Positions 39,466 to 49,466 are shown, numbered from the stretch's first letter. The stretch: 64,000 nucleotides of DNA from an uncultured Chloroflexia bacterium (GCA_963700285.1 CAVOXA010000014.1:512001-576000); one strand, 5' to 3'. A program made the numbers and translations. Notes: generated from the sequence alone by a model not told the origin.

Positions 39466-40245
39466 TTAGCTCCTCGGGCTGGACCGGGGCTTGCCCTCAC
39501 GCCAGAGTTGCAGACGGAACCCCAGCATCTCCCGGAAGGCTCGGACGATGACGTTGACATTGGCTCCGGTCTGGCTACCGGCGACCCGAGGGCGATGGCT
39601 TACTGGCAATTCTACGAAATGATAGCCTGCCCTTTTGGCCCGCACCAGCCATTCAATGCTGAAAGTGGCCCCTCGAGAGGCAATGGTTGGGGCCAGTTCC
39701 TCTATGATCTCGCGGCGGAAAAGCTTGAAGGCACAATCCACATCGCGCACGGTATAACCGAACATGAATGTGCACAACATACTCCAACCTTTGCCATAGA
39801 CGACCCTCATGAATGGGTCCCGGCGGGGAGCGCGGTAGCCAGCGATCAGATCGGCCTGACCCATCAGCGGCACAAATTGCTCCAACTCGCTCATCACAAA
39901 CTGGCGATCAGCGTCCGTATAAAAGATCCAATCCTTTTCGGCACTCGTGAAGCCATTGAACACGGCAGCCCCAAATCCCTGGTTGACAGGATGCTGCACC
40001 AGCCGCAATTGCGGAATGCTTTGCATGAGGCGACGGGTGATGGCGGCAGTATCATCCGCACTGCCATCGTCCACGACAATGATCTCCCACCCCTTGTTCT
40101 CCGGGGCCCCATCAGACTCGGGAGCTCCTGAAGCACCATCGGAGTCCTGGACGCTTGCCTCCAACGCTGGCACGGCCTCAGCGATCATTGCTTCGATGTT
40201 TTCGGCCTCATTGTAGGCCGGCAATACAAGCGAAATGCTAGGCAT
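39466..40245 (-). CDS. GT2 glycosyltransferase (DPM/DPG synthase-like)
   Basis: PAYNEAENI, VDDGSAD, TDADRQF, DVDCAFK. Confidence 0.9.
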   Translation of the reverse strand: MPSISLVLPAYNEAENIEAMIAEAVPALEASVQDSDGASGAPESDGAPENKGWEIIVVDDGSADDTAAITRRLMQSIPQLRLVQHPVNQGFGAAVFNGFTSAEKDWIFYTDADRQFVMSELEQFVPLMGQADLIAGYRAPRRDPFMRVVYGKGWSMLCTFMFGYTVRDVDCAFKLFRREIIEELAPTIASRGATFSIEWLVRAKRAGYHFVELPVSHRPRVAGSQTGANVNVIVRAFREMLGFRLQLWREGKPRSSPRS

Positions 40246-40259
40246 GGCGAGATATACCC

Positions 40260-41249
40260 CTAATCATCCTTCTTTGTTCGTTTCCGCAGGAATCCACCCA
40301 GAAAGGCATCGGCGAACAGATTCGGTTTCTCGGGCATCTCTACCCCTTTGTCGCCCTCCCATTGACCCTGCTCACGATCGTGAAGCCACTTGGCCCTCTC
40401 CACCGCGGCAACTTCAAAGCGTCCGTTGAGCGCCTCGGCCTGGTCATCGACCAGACTCGCCCGGAACGAGGTCAGTGAGGTGATATAGGCATCGATCCAG
40501 CGCAGAATGTTGTCCCGATTGGTCAGGCATACGTCGCCAAAACCCGGCGGCTCGGTGGAGGCCAGTTGCGTGCTTACCTCAAAGGACGCTCCTGCTACCT
40601 TGCGCAGTTCCCGCCAGGAGGGCTGATGGATGACGGACTCCATCATGGCCAAAGACAAGAGCACGGGCAGGTGATCTACCGCGGCAACAAGGCCGTCGTG
40701 CTCAGCCGGATCAAAGTAGATGGGCTTCGCGCCCAAGATCATCACCAGGTCACTGACCAACTTGACCGCGGCAGGATCCGCGCTGGGCGAGGGGGTTAAG
40801 CAAAACAGGCCCTTCTGGAAAAGATCCGCGCGGGCCGCCTCCACACCTTGCTTTCCGGCATCAGTCGCGGCGATGATGGGGTCGCCACCCACGAAGTAGA
40901 CGTTTTCGGGCAATGACTCGCTAGCCCAAGCCAACACCGGAGTCTTGAGTGAGCCCGTATCCATGACGACGCAGCCTGGTCGCAGATACTGACCGATGGC
41001 CTCCATCGTCGCCTGCATTTCGACCACCGGAGTGGCCAAGATAATCAAATCCGACTCCTCGCAAGCGGAGATGAGATTCCATTCCGCCTTGTCTACAACG
41101 CCCAGCTTTTTTGCCTTGCTGTTGACGCTCGGCTCTTTGTCATGTCCCACGACGGCTGAAGCGACGCCAGCCTCGCGCAGCGCAAGTCCAATAGAGCCAC
41201 CGATCAGGCCCAGGCCCACAATCGCAATGCGTGGTTTGCTTGTACTCAT
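40260..41249 (-). CDS. tyrA: Prephenate/arogenate dehydrogenase
   Basis: GLGLIGGS, DTGSLK, EHD...HLP; GGDP stands where GGHP is usual. Confidence 0.8.
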   Translation of the reverse strand: MSTSKPRIAIVGLGLIGGSIGLALREAGVASAVVGHDKEPSVNSKAKKLGVVDKAEWNLISACEESDLIILATPVVEMQATMEAIGQYLRPGCVVMDTGSLKTPVLAWASESLPENVYFVGGDPIIAATDAGKQGVEAARADLFQKGLFCLTPSPSADPAAVKLVSDLVMILGAKPIYFDPAEHDGLVAAVDHLPVLLSLAMMESVIHQPSWRELRKVAGASFEVSTQLASTEPPGFGDVCLTNRDNILRWIDAYITSLTSFRASLVDDQAEALNGRFEVAAVERAKWLHDREQGQWEGDKGVEMPEKPNLFADAFLGGFLRKRTKKDD

Positions 41250-41347
41250 GCTTTCTCCCTTTCCACAGGTGTTTGGTATTGGCTACTGGCGACTATAGAG
41301 GCATTATGATTTTCGAGCGACACGCTCCAGTTTCAGGTTTCAGGCTC

Positions 41348-41869
41348 TCAGCTTGCATTGTCAGCAGTCTGCAGCGCAGCCAGATCTGGATCCTCAACCT
41401 GGCCCGCTGCATCTTCGTGATGCTGGATCAGCGCCACCGTACGTGGTGAACAACCTGCTTTGCGCGCCAGTTCGGCCCCAATGGCGGCATGGCATTGCTG
41501 CACAAAAAACGGCCGCCGCCAGCTGCCAGGCAGATCTTTGGCAATCCGATCCAACAAGCCAGGTCTGAAAGCGCGCAAAAGTACAACGGCCACCCGGTGC
41601 CAGAGGCGCAGCGCGCCATCCTGCTGCCCCGTTTTCCCTGCATCATGCAGTAGCGCTGCCGCCAGGAGATCAGTATCAGTACGTCCCTGACCCTGCAGCG
41701 CGCGCACCACATTGAACGCGTGCTGGCGGTCATAGCCCGGCATCGCCTCAAAGAGACTTTGTGCCTCCGACGAAAGGTAGCGGGCTGGGAGTTCCAGCCC
41801 GTCTTTGTTCGGCCGGATCACAGCACGCAGCGCGTGTATGAACTGCTGGACACGATATGCAGCCGACAC
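41348..41869 (-). CDS. HD-domain protein
   Basis: DRQH, AALLHDAGK, H..IGA, HHE, AD. Confidence 0.85.
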   Translation of the reverse strand: MSAAYRVQQFIHALRAVIRPNKDGLELPARYLSSEAQSLFEAMPGYDRQHAFNVVRALQGQGRTDTDLLAAALLHDAGKTGQQDGALRLWHRVAVVLLRAFRPGLLDRIAKDLPGSWRRPFFVQQCHAAIGAELARKAGCSPRTVALIQHHEDAAGQVEDPDLAALQTADNAS

Positions 41870-41872
41870 GCC

Positions 41873-42526
41873 CTATAAGCCTACAATCAGCGCTACCAGT
41901 GCGTTTCGTGCTGGCCCCAGAATACTGCCTATCGGACTAAAGGAACTGAACCAGCCCAGCGACAGCAGAGCCAGCAACAAGAACGGGCCGTAGGGAGCGA
42001 TCTGATCCAGGGTATTCCCCAGCTCCACTGCCCACCTGCTACGGACGGTGCCAATGACACCCTGTATCACGTGGAATCCGTCGAGGGGCGGCAGGGGAAT
42101 CAGATTGAACAGGGCCAGACCCACGTTCGTATAGACCATCGTCCACAAAAAAGCCACCAGCAAGCTGGGCAAAGACACGCCCAGGCGCAATGGGATGGCA
42201 AACAGCGTCGCCAAAACCAGGTTGGAAAAGGGACCAGCAGCCGAAGTCAGCCCCATCCCCACACGGGGGTTGCTCCGCAGGTTGTAGGGGTTGACTGGTA
42301 CCGGCTTTCCCCATCCAATACCAAAACCACTGAAGGCCATGAATACGATCATCAATGCGCCAACCGGATCAAAGTGCACCAGCGGGTTCAACGTCATGCG
42401 GCCCAACCTGCGAGCAGTTGGATCACCAAGCTCGTAGGCCGACCAGGCATGAGAAAACTCGTGGAAGCTGATCGACAAAACCAGAGCCAGCAGAAAAAAA
42501 ATCGTGCTTTGGAACTGCCCAAGCAT
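41873..42526 (-). CDS. Site-2 protease (M50)
   Basis: HEFSH, AGP.SN, FNLIPLPPLDG. Confidence 0.93.
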   Translation of the reverse strand: MLGQFQSTIFFLLALVLSISFHEFSHAWSAYELGDPTARRLGRMTLNPLVHFDPVGALMIVFMAFSGFGIGWGKPVPVNPYNLRSNPRVGMGLTSAAGPFSNLVLATLFAIPLRLGVSLPSLLVAFLWTMVYTNVGLALFNLIPLPPLDGFHVIQGVIGTVRSRWAVELGNTLDQIAPYGPFLLLALLSLGWFSSFSPIGSILGPARNALVALIVGL

Positions 42527-42690
42527 CAGAATCTCCTCAGGGAATGGATCAGTGCGCGTTTGCCCTCACAGTTGCACCACTGCTGCACAGAGCCGCCTAC
42601 TTCCCGATGGATAGCGGTCGATTATCGCACAGGTGGCAACATACGCAATACAAAGAGAGTGTTGCCCTGCCCCCTGTCTCATACCGGCGC

Positions 42691-42719
42691 ATTATACCGT
42701 AAAAGGCAGGCAGCGACAA
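42691..42719 (-). promoter_or_regulatory. Sigma70-type promoter of the S2P/HD unit
   Basis: TTGTCG-17-TATAAT on the minus strand. Confidence 0.5.
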
Positions 42720-42806
42720 GTGTGCCATACGATGCGGGGTTGGGGAGTCACCCGGTTTGAGGATCTAGTGCCGCAGAAGATAGATCTCGTTCAAAGTGAC
42801 AGGCAG

Positions 42807-43250
42807 CTATTTGTCCCAATTCTTCTCCAGCGCCTCAGGGTCATAGTCTCCCCATTTTACGTCAACTGACAGGGCCAGCCGCAGTGTATCAGCAAGGTTC
42901 GATTTGGAGACCGCCTCGTCGATGACAGCTTGCCTGCTCGATGCCGCATCTCCGGACGGCGAGCCGAGACTGGGTGTCACTGCCAGGATCCTCACCTCAA
43001 CGACATCTGCCTTCCGGTATGGGATACGGTTGCCAGCCTGTTGGCCCGCTATCGCTTGGGCCAGCGGGGTGCCCGCACCGAGAAAGCCTGAGGCGAAATC
43101 GGCGTCGTTGTCAGGTACAACATCAACTGCCAAAGGTTCGCTTTCGCCTGACTCGGTAAGGAGTTCCATTTCCACACGAGTCCCAACCGCGACTCGAGTC
43201 TTGGCAACCTCTGGCTGCCCGTTCTTCTCATCGTACAAATGCTCTGTCAT
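42807..43250 (-). CDS. GreA/GreB C-terminal-domain-like protein
   Basis: VAVGTRV, TPLAQAIAG...G, VRILAV; ATG 43250 after GGAGG; upstream TTGCAC-17-TATCAT. Confidence 0.6.
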   Translation of the reverse strand: MTEHLYDEKNGQPEVAKTRVAVGTRVEMELLTESGESEPLAVDVVPDNDADFASGFLGAGTPLAQAIAGQQAGNRIPYRKADVVEVRILAVTPSLGSPSGDAASSRQAVIDEAVSKSNLADTLRLALSVDVKWGDYDPEALEKNWDK

Positions 43251-43510
43251 TGACGTCCTCCGAGAACGCCAGGCGGCCCCTCTTGTTGAAGGGTCATGTC
43301 GCTGCAGAGTGAGACAAAGACAGGAATCCAAATCCTCTGGACACGGTTCAAGTTCTGCAGTCCGAAGGGCTTGCATGATACCATGGGAGTGGTCCCGGTG
43401 CAAGCACGCCACCGGCAGCAAGCGAAAGAACCGACCCAGTACTAGACAGTGGCTCGATTGAGTTGGGGTACTCTAGCAGTCGTACTGGCCTCTGGCAGGC
43501 TGTCCAGCGG

Positions 43511-45919
43511 CTAGCGGTTGTAGGTTTCCTCATAAACAGCGAACCACTGGGGCAGGTCCGCCCAGCGCTCTTCCCGCTGCTGCTCGCGTTGCGCTTCTTC
43601 GTATGCCGACAGTCGCCGAAAGATCTCGGCCTGTACCCGCTGCGGATCGGGCACCCAATCGAAGTCCAGCCTGCCCTCGGCGCCGGCCGTATAGATGACT
43701 ACCGTGCCATAGTTCAGAAGCGTGGCAATCGGGTTGGGGATCTCGAAGCTGACGTTCTGGATCCGGTCAAATTTGGTCTCTTTGGTCCGCCGCCTAAAGC
43801 CAGCCGGCAATGCCTCGATGTCGATAAGCAAGTCATTGGTGACAATGTACTGGTCATTGCCCCAGTCTACCCAGTTCCACCAGAACCAAAAGCTGGATCC
43901 CGCCAGGAGGAAGAACAGCAAAAGACCAACCAGCGGCGATGTGCCCTCCAGTACCCAGAAATAAGCCACAGCCGCCACCAGTGAGGCAGCCACAGCCAGG
44001 GAGGGAAGCCAGATGCGCCCCAGCAGCCGGATCCAGTGTTTCCGCCAGATGATGCGATCGTCCAGGGCCCTCTCCATCCAGAAGAACCGTCCCAACGTAG
44101 CGTCGTCAATACGCTGCCACATACTTGGACCGGATGGGGGCGGGTCCGGATCCAGGGCGAGCGACGGGACGGCCGGACGGGGGACCGTTGGTCGAATCCC
44201 CATCCGGATGCTCTTTTCCAGCTTGTCGCGGATCTTTCGCTGTATCTGAACCGTCTTGCCGGCCAGCGCCCGGTCCTTCTGCACAAAGATCTCATCGCGC
44301 ACCGATTCTGGATTCAGTAGATAGTTGAAAGTCACACGTGAAGCGCCGATAGCCGCCGCCGTATCAATCACCAGGGTACCAAAGCCAAGGATATTTCCGA
44401 CGAGATGGCGGTCTATGTTCATATTCTGGATCTTGTCCAACGGTGTCTCATCCCGCGTCTCTCGTATCAGCAAGGTCTTTTCGAGGTGAGCTACCCGCGC
44501 TGTAGTGACATAGTAGTAGTCATTCAGCCAATCAAGGAGAATCCATACGGACCACAAAAAGACCAGGCCAAGCAAGGCATAGCCGATGGGCCGTAGGCCG
44601 CCATCGCTCGTCCACAAGAACAGGGCGACGACAAAGAAAAAGAAGGGCAATACCAGCCTGCTGGTCAAACGGAACCAGTGACGCCGACGGCGCAGCACTA
44701 CTTGCTCATCTGGGTCCAACCACGAGGGACGATCCAGCGTCCACCTGGCCCTGACCTCCTCCCTGGGCACCATCTTGTCGACGAGATCTGGACGCTGCTG
44801 CAGATACTGCTCCAAGTCACTGCGAGTCAGGTAGAACCAGTTGGCCTGGGTCGTGGCTTCGATGGTCACGTCACGGGCATCTCCCAGAAAGAGTGAAGAC
44901 TCACCTACTGCGTTGCCCGCCTTGAGATAGGCCACGGGACGCTCCCTACCGTCCTCGTCACGGGCGCGCACAATGGCTTCACCTTCATACAGCATGTACA
45001 GGGTTGGGTCGACCTCACCCTGCCGGTAGAGGACATCCCCCGGCCGGTAGTGAGCCAGGCCCACGTAGCCTGCCAGGTGCTTCAGCTCCTCGTCGGTCAA
45101 GTCGGAGCAAATTCGGGTCCGGCGCAGGTGATCGAGAACATCATGTCGCTCAAGATGTTGCTCAAAACTCGGCTGGAGTTCTCGCAACCAGTCAAAAGCA
45201 TCGGCATTCAGGCGAAAAAGGTGAACTTCTGAGGCTGCTTCAGCCGTTGCCCGGCGGATGGTGTTCCTCATCAGCGCATATCGCCCGAAGAAACTTCCAG
45301 CCGACAGGTACTTGGGCCAAGTTTGCCGGCCAGGGACGTTCCCCGAAGTGCGCTCAACCACCTGGCCTGTATCTATGATATAGAAGGCATCAGCCGGCTC
45401 GCCCTGCCGAAAGATGATCTGGCCGGCAGGGAACACCAAATGCCGTACCAGGTCAGCCACGTGAAAAAGCTGCTCCACTGTAAATCCGCCAAAGAGGGGA
45501 ATGGCTAGTAGACGATTTACCACGCGGACTCGCCGCAGACGCTCCTCAAGCCTGGGATACATGGCAAGAAGCGTCTTGAAATCGTCGGCCCCGATCACCA
45601 GCGCTTGAACGTACTGGGTCGTCTTGGCAGTGGTTTGGCAGAGCGTGTCATCCATCAGCTGCCGGTGACCCACATAGTCCCCGGCCTGCGTTCTCCGGCG
45701 CTGGATGTCCGCGCCGGCAGCACCCTTGCCGACCTCCTGGACCCCACCTGCCTCAAGCAGGTAAAAAAGATCCGGTACTTCACCCTGCCGAAACAAAATT
45801 GTACCAGAGGGAAACGTATCTTCTCTGACAAAAAGACTGACCCGCCCGAGTTCGTCCTCAGAAAAGTCGTCAAAGATCCAGAACTGGCTCAGGCGCTCAG
45901 CGAAAGTTTTTTCAGCCAT
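43511..45919 (-). CDS. Membrane protein with three cNMP-binding domains and two bacterial PH-like domains
   Basis: Three FRQGE/YRQGE repeats; two TM pairs each followed by YxVT..R/L...KIQN...GTxVI.TA. Confidence 0.8.
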   Translation of the reverse strand: MAEKTFAERLSQFWIFDDFSEDELGRVSLFVREDTFPSGTILFRQGEVPDLFYLLEAGGVQEVGKGAAGADIQRRRTQAGDYVGHRQLMDDTLCQTTAKTTQYVQALVIGADDFKTLLAMYPRLEERLRRVRVVNRLLAIPLFGGFTVEQLFHVADLVRHLVFPAGQIIFRQGEPADAFYIIDTGQVVERTSGNVPGRQTWPKYLSAGSFFGRYALMRNTIRRATAEAASEVHLFRLNADAFDWLRELQPSFEQHLERHDVLDHLRRTRICSDLTDEELKHLAGYVGLAHYRPGDVLYRQGEVDPTLYMLYEGEAIVRARDEDGRERPVAYLKAGNAVGESSLFLGDARDVTIEATTQANWFYLTRSDLEQYLQQRPDLVDKMVPREEVRARWTLDRPSWLDPDEQVVLRRRRHWFRLTSRLVLPFFFFVVALFLWTSDGGLRPIGYALLGLVFLWSVWILLDWLNDYYYVTTARVAHLEKTLLIRETRDETPLDKIQNMNIDRHLVGNILGFGTLVIDTAAAIGASRVTFNYLLNPESVRDEIFVQKDRALAGKTVQIQRKIRDKLEKSIRMGIRPTVPRPAVPSLALDPDPPPSGPSMWQRIDDATLGRFFWMERALDDRIIWRKHWIRLLGRIWLPSLAVAASLVAAVAYFWVLEGTSPLVGLLLFFLLAGSSFWFWWNWVDWGNDQYIVTNDLLIDIEALPAGFRRRTKETKFDRIQNVSFEIPNPIATLLNYGTVVIYTAGAEGRLDFDWVPDPQRVQAEIFRRLSAYEEAQREQQREERWADLPQWFAVYEETYNR

Positions 45920-46261
45920 GTCTCCGCCCGTCTACACCTTGGACACAGTCCATTCCTAATCTGTATGTTACCATTTGAATCGCGCTTTGTCAAGCTGTAT
46001 AAGTCAACAACCAGCGATTCTCGATATTACCAGACGTTGCCGGTTTCCAGTCCAGAGAACCGTCAGGCGAAAGTAGATCCTGCACCAGATTCCGCCGAGT
46101 ACTCGGTTTTCGGAACCTGCCAGGCGTGCAGATGGTCCCGCGCTCAGCGTTGCTGAAAGTGACAAGCCCCTCCAATTGTGGTATACTGGCCCACTCGGAG
46201 GAAGCGGACCTTAGCAGCACCTGGTATGCGAGAGGAACCTGGAGATCATTGCAGGCACAGT

Positions 46262-47194
46262 ATGAGTGAAGCCAAGATCAGATGCAGCGTAGGCATCACA
46301 GCCTACAACGAAGAAGCGAATATCGGCCGGCTGTTGCAGGCGATGCTCGACCAGCGGCTGTACGAGGTCGAGATCACCGAGATCATTGTCGTCGCCTCGG
46401 GCTGTACCGACCGCACCGAAGAGATCGTTCGGGAGTACATGGCTCAAGACCCCCGCATCCAGCTCTATGTCCAGGAACAGCGCGAGGGCAAGACGTCGGC
46501 CATCAATGTCTTTCTGGCCCATGCCCGGGAAAAGATCTGCGTGCTGGAGAGCGGCGACACGCTGCCCCGCGAGGACACCATCGAGAAGATGGTGCGCATG
46601 TTCCGGGATCCTGGCGTGGGCATGACCGGCGCCCAGAAGGTGGCCGTCAATACGCCCGATCACGTCGTAGGCGTGCTGTCTCACCTGCGGCTCAAAATGG
46701 AGCACCAGCTCTGCCTCGAGATCCCGCGCCTGGGCGAACTGATTGCCTTCCGCAAGGTATTCGACCAGATCCCGCCCGACGTGGCGATGGACGAAGCTTT
46801 TGTCGAGGCTTTTATCATCCGCCGCGGTATGCAGGTCCGCTACGCTCCCGACGCTGTGGTCTACAACATGGGTCCAGAAACGGTCGGTGACTTCGTCAAG
46901 CAGCGGCGCCGCAACTATGCCGGGCATCTCTATCTGAAGGACAAGTACGGCTACAAGGTCTCCAGCCTGCAGAACACGCGCGTGCTGCGCCTCGCCCTGG
47001 AAGAGGTATGGGGGGCGATCCGGCTGGTGGGCACACTCGGGCTCTTGGGCTCGCTGGAGATCTACTCCCGGATCCTGGGCACCTGGGACTATCGCGTCCG
47101 GAAGAAGAAGCACGTCGTCTGGGATATGGCCTGGACCACCAAGGATCCCGGCCAGGGCGTAGAACAACAGGAAACCACTCTTGAGCCAAGATAA
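46262..47194 (+). CDS. GT2 glycosyltransferase
   Basis: AYNEEANI, SGCTDRT, GK, DE, QRRR; upstream GTGACA-17-TATACT. Confidence 0.85.
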   Translation: MSEAKIRCSVGITAYNEEANIGRLLQAMLDQRLYEVEITEIIVVASGCTDRTEEIVREYMAQDPRIQLYVQEQREGKTSAINVFLAHAREKICVLESGDTLPREDTIEKMVRMFRDPGVGMTGAQKVAVNTPDHVVGVLSHLRLKMEHQLCLEIPRLGELIAFRKVFDQIPPDVAMDEAFVEAFIIRRGMQVRYAPDAVVYNMGPETVGDFVKQRRRNYAGHLYLKDKYGYKVSSLQNTRVLRLALEEVWGAIRLVGTLGLLGSLEIYSRILGTWDYRVRKKKHVVWDMAWTTKDPGQGVEQQETTLEPR

Positions 47195-48198
47195 CCCCTG
47201 GAAGGACCGGCTGCTCACGGTACTCAAAGTGGCGATCAGCCTGGGACTGATCGCCTATATCTTTTACCAGCCCACGATCCGTGATGCTGACTGGGGCGCC
47301 ATTCTGGCTGATTTCCGACCATGGCCCTGGCTGGTAGCACTGGCCATCTATTTCGTGGCCATCGGCTTTAAGGTGCTCAAATGGCGGTATTTGCTCCGAA
47401 CCCTCGACGTGGACGTTCCCTACCTGAGCCTGTACCGGCACAATCTGGTTGGCCTCTTTTTTGCCAACTTACCCTGGAGTATGATCGGCGGTGACATTGC
47501 CCGGGGCTGGGACCTGGCCCGCCAGACCGAGGGCAAGGGCAGCCAGGTCGCCGTGTCGGTGTTCGTCGATCGCCTGGTCGGCATGGCGGCCTATCTCATC
47601 GCGGCGGTGCTGGGTTTGGCCTATGCCGTGGTTGTCATGGGCCGCTCAGACCTCACCTGGCTGCTCACTGCCCTGGCCCTGCTTCTCATGGTTGCGGCCA
47701 TGGGTTTTGCCGTGCTGATGAGCCAGCGCCTGCGCCTCCTGGTAGAACGCATCTTTGGCCTGGGCCCGTTGCGCCGGTTCTTGTCCCTCTACCAGAAGCT
47801 GTCCGACTCGGTGCAGGTCTACCGAAACCACAAGCGCGCGCTGGCTGTGGCACTGGGCATTGGGCTGGCCATCGTGGCTACCACCTGTGTTGTGAACTAT
47901 GTGGCCGCGAGGTCTGCTGGGGTCGATATCGCTCTGCAATGGGTGTTCGTACTCACCCCCCTCACTGCCATAGCACCACTTCCTACCTTCTATCGCCTCG
48001 GGCCTCGGCTGGAACCAGGGGGTGTTCATCGTCCTGTATTACGAGTTGGCGGGCGCGGTACCAGACCCGGCATCCGCTCTGGCCATGTCGCTGGCCATGC
48101 AGGGCATCATCATTGTAGCCAGCCTGCCTGGCGCCGTCCTTTGGTGGCAGAAACGCCAACCCCCTACTACGGAGCAGGTCACCGCCAGCGGCGGCTGA
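47181..48198 (+). pseudogene. Lysylphosphatidylglycerol-synthase TM / flippase-like protein with a +1 frameshift near 47976-47979
   Basis: KWRYLL, P.SMIGGD, VDRLVG; the alternate frame continues FLPSIASGLGWNQGVF...SLPGAVLWW to TGA 48198; span 1018 nt = 339 codons + 1. Confidence 0.78.
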
Positions 48199-48368
48199 GT
48201 AGCCGGTCTGCCAAGCCGAGGGTCGCTGGTGCTGGAGGGCATTTCGGCCCTGCCTATCGGCGGTACCAAACAAGACCTCCTAACGTACCCACTCGACAGC
48301 TGAAGAGTGACCTACCTCATCATTGCCGGGCTTGTGTACAGCGTGGGTAATCCGCGAGCAACGACAGT

Positions 48369-48420
48369 TTGACAAATCTCCCAATCTCAGTATAATCATT
48401 TCGACGCATATCAAAATGAT
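48369..48420 (+). promoter_or_regulatory. Consensus promoter overlapped by an inverted-repeat operator
   Basis: TTGACA-16-TATAAT; ATCATTTCGA-N6-TCAAAATGAT at 48395-48420. Confidence 0.72.
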
Positions 48421-48432
48421 TCGAGGCGAGAC

Positions 48433-49002
48433 ATGGAACCCGAAGAAATGAACAGGACAGAATTCCTGCTAGAGTTCTTCAAAGTTATGGCTGACGAGAA
48501 GCGGCTGCAGATCATTGGCCTGCTGGCCCAACAGGACTATTCGGTCGAGGAACTGGCCGCCATCCTCGACCTGAGTTCGGCCACCGTCTCGCACCACCTT
48601 CAACGCCTGGTCAAGGCGGAGCTGGTACAGGCAAGGGCTGATCAGCACTACCACGTCTACTCCCTCAAGCTTCAGACCTTGCGGGATATGTCGCAGCAGA
48701 TCCTGTCCCAGGACACGCTTCAGGAGACAACTGAAGATCTGGACCTGGATGCCTATGACCGCAAGGTCCTGCGGGACTTTATGCAGGAGGGCCGGCTCAA
48801 GCGAATCCCTCGCCAGTGGAAAAAGCGGGAGGTGATCCTGCGCTACCTGGCGGAACGGTTTGAGCCCGATCGCAGGTACTCTGAGCGGGAAGTAAACGAC
48901 ATCATCAGTCAAACCCACGAGGACTATGCAACCTTCCGGCGCGGGCTGATTGACGGCAGGTACATGGCCCGCGAGCGCGAGATCTACTGGCGCATCGTGT
49001 AG
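48433..49002 (+). CDS. ArsR-family regulator with DUF2087 domain
   Basis: ADEKRLQI, TVSHHL; RLKRIP..KKR..L, YSEREVN, DYATFRR.L. Confidence 0.88.
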   Translation: MEPEEMNRTEFLLEFFKVMADEKRLQIIGLLAQQDYSVEELAAILDLSSATVSHHLQRLVKAELVQARADQHYHVYSLKLQTLRDMSQQILSQDTLQETTEDLDLDAYDRKVLRDFMQEGRLKRIPRQWKKREVILRYLAERFEPDRRYSEREVNDIISQTHEDYATFRRGLIDGRYMAREREIYWRIV

Positions 49003-49097
49003 CAACAAGTGGGCCGGGACGTCAAGCCGCTGGACCCGTTCAACCGGGCTTTGCGGCCCGGCCAGCGTTCACGGCCTGACCGTCCGGCCACGGCCTG

Positions 49098-49466
49098 TCA
49101 GCTAGTGCCCTGCCGGGTAGCAAGCACCAGCAGGTCTGAAGACCACCTGCCAAATAGCTCCAGGTCATGGCTCCCGAAAAATGCCAGGTCACCGGCGGGG
49201 ACGTTGTATGCGTTCCCCTGCGCCAATCCAAGGCTGCGCACCAGGTAGTCAGCCGCAGCAGCCAGGCGCTCGGCGCCCACGGCCAGCATGGCGGGCGACC
49301 GATCCACGCCCAATACCTTGAGGCCCTGCCGTGCTAGCCCCAAGCTCACTTCGGGCTTTACGACGCGCTCCATTCCACCCAGCAGATCTACTGCCCGGCG
49401 GACTAGGTATTGTACCTGTTCGACAACGTATCCAGCACACCGAACCAGCGCCACACGCTTGTCCAC
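49098..49466 (-). pseudogene. Chimeric remnant: DUF362-like N-terminus joined to a methyltransferase fragment
   Basis: VALVRC..Y...VRRAVDLLGGMERVVKP, then LARQGLKVLGVDRSPAML. Confidence 0.5.

Noticed and set aside
46211-47227. 338-aa minus-strand ORF spanning the GT2 gene
   Set aside because: Codon-register mirror of a high-GC3 gene; similar shadows occur at 14539-15570 and 58894-59910.
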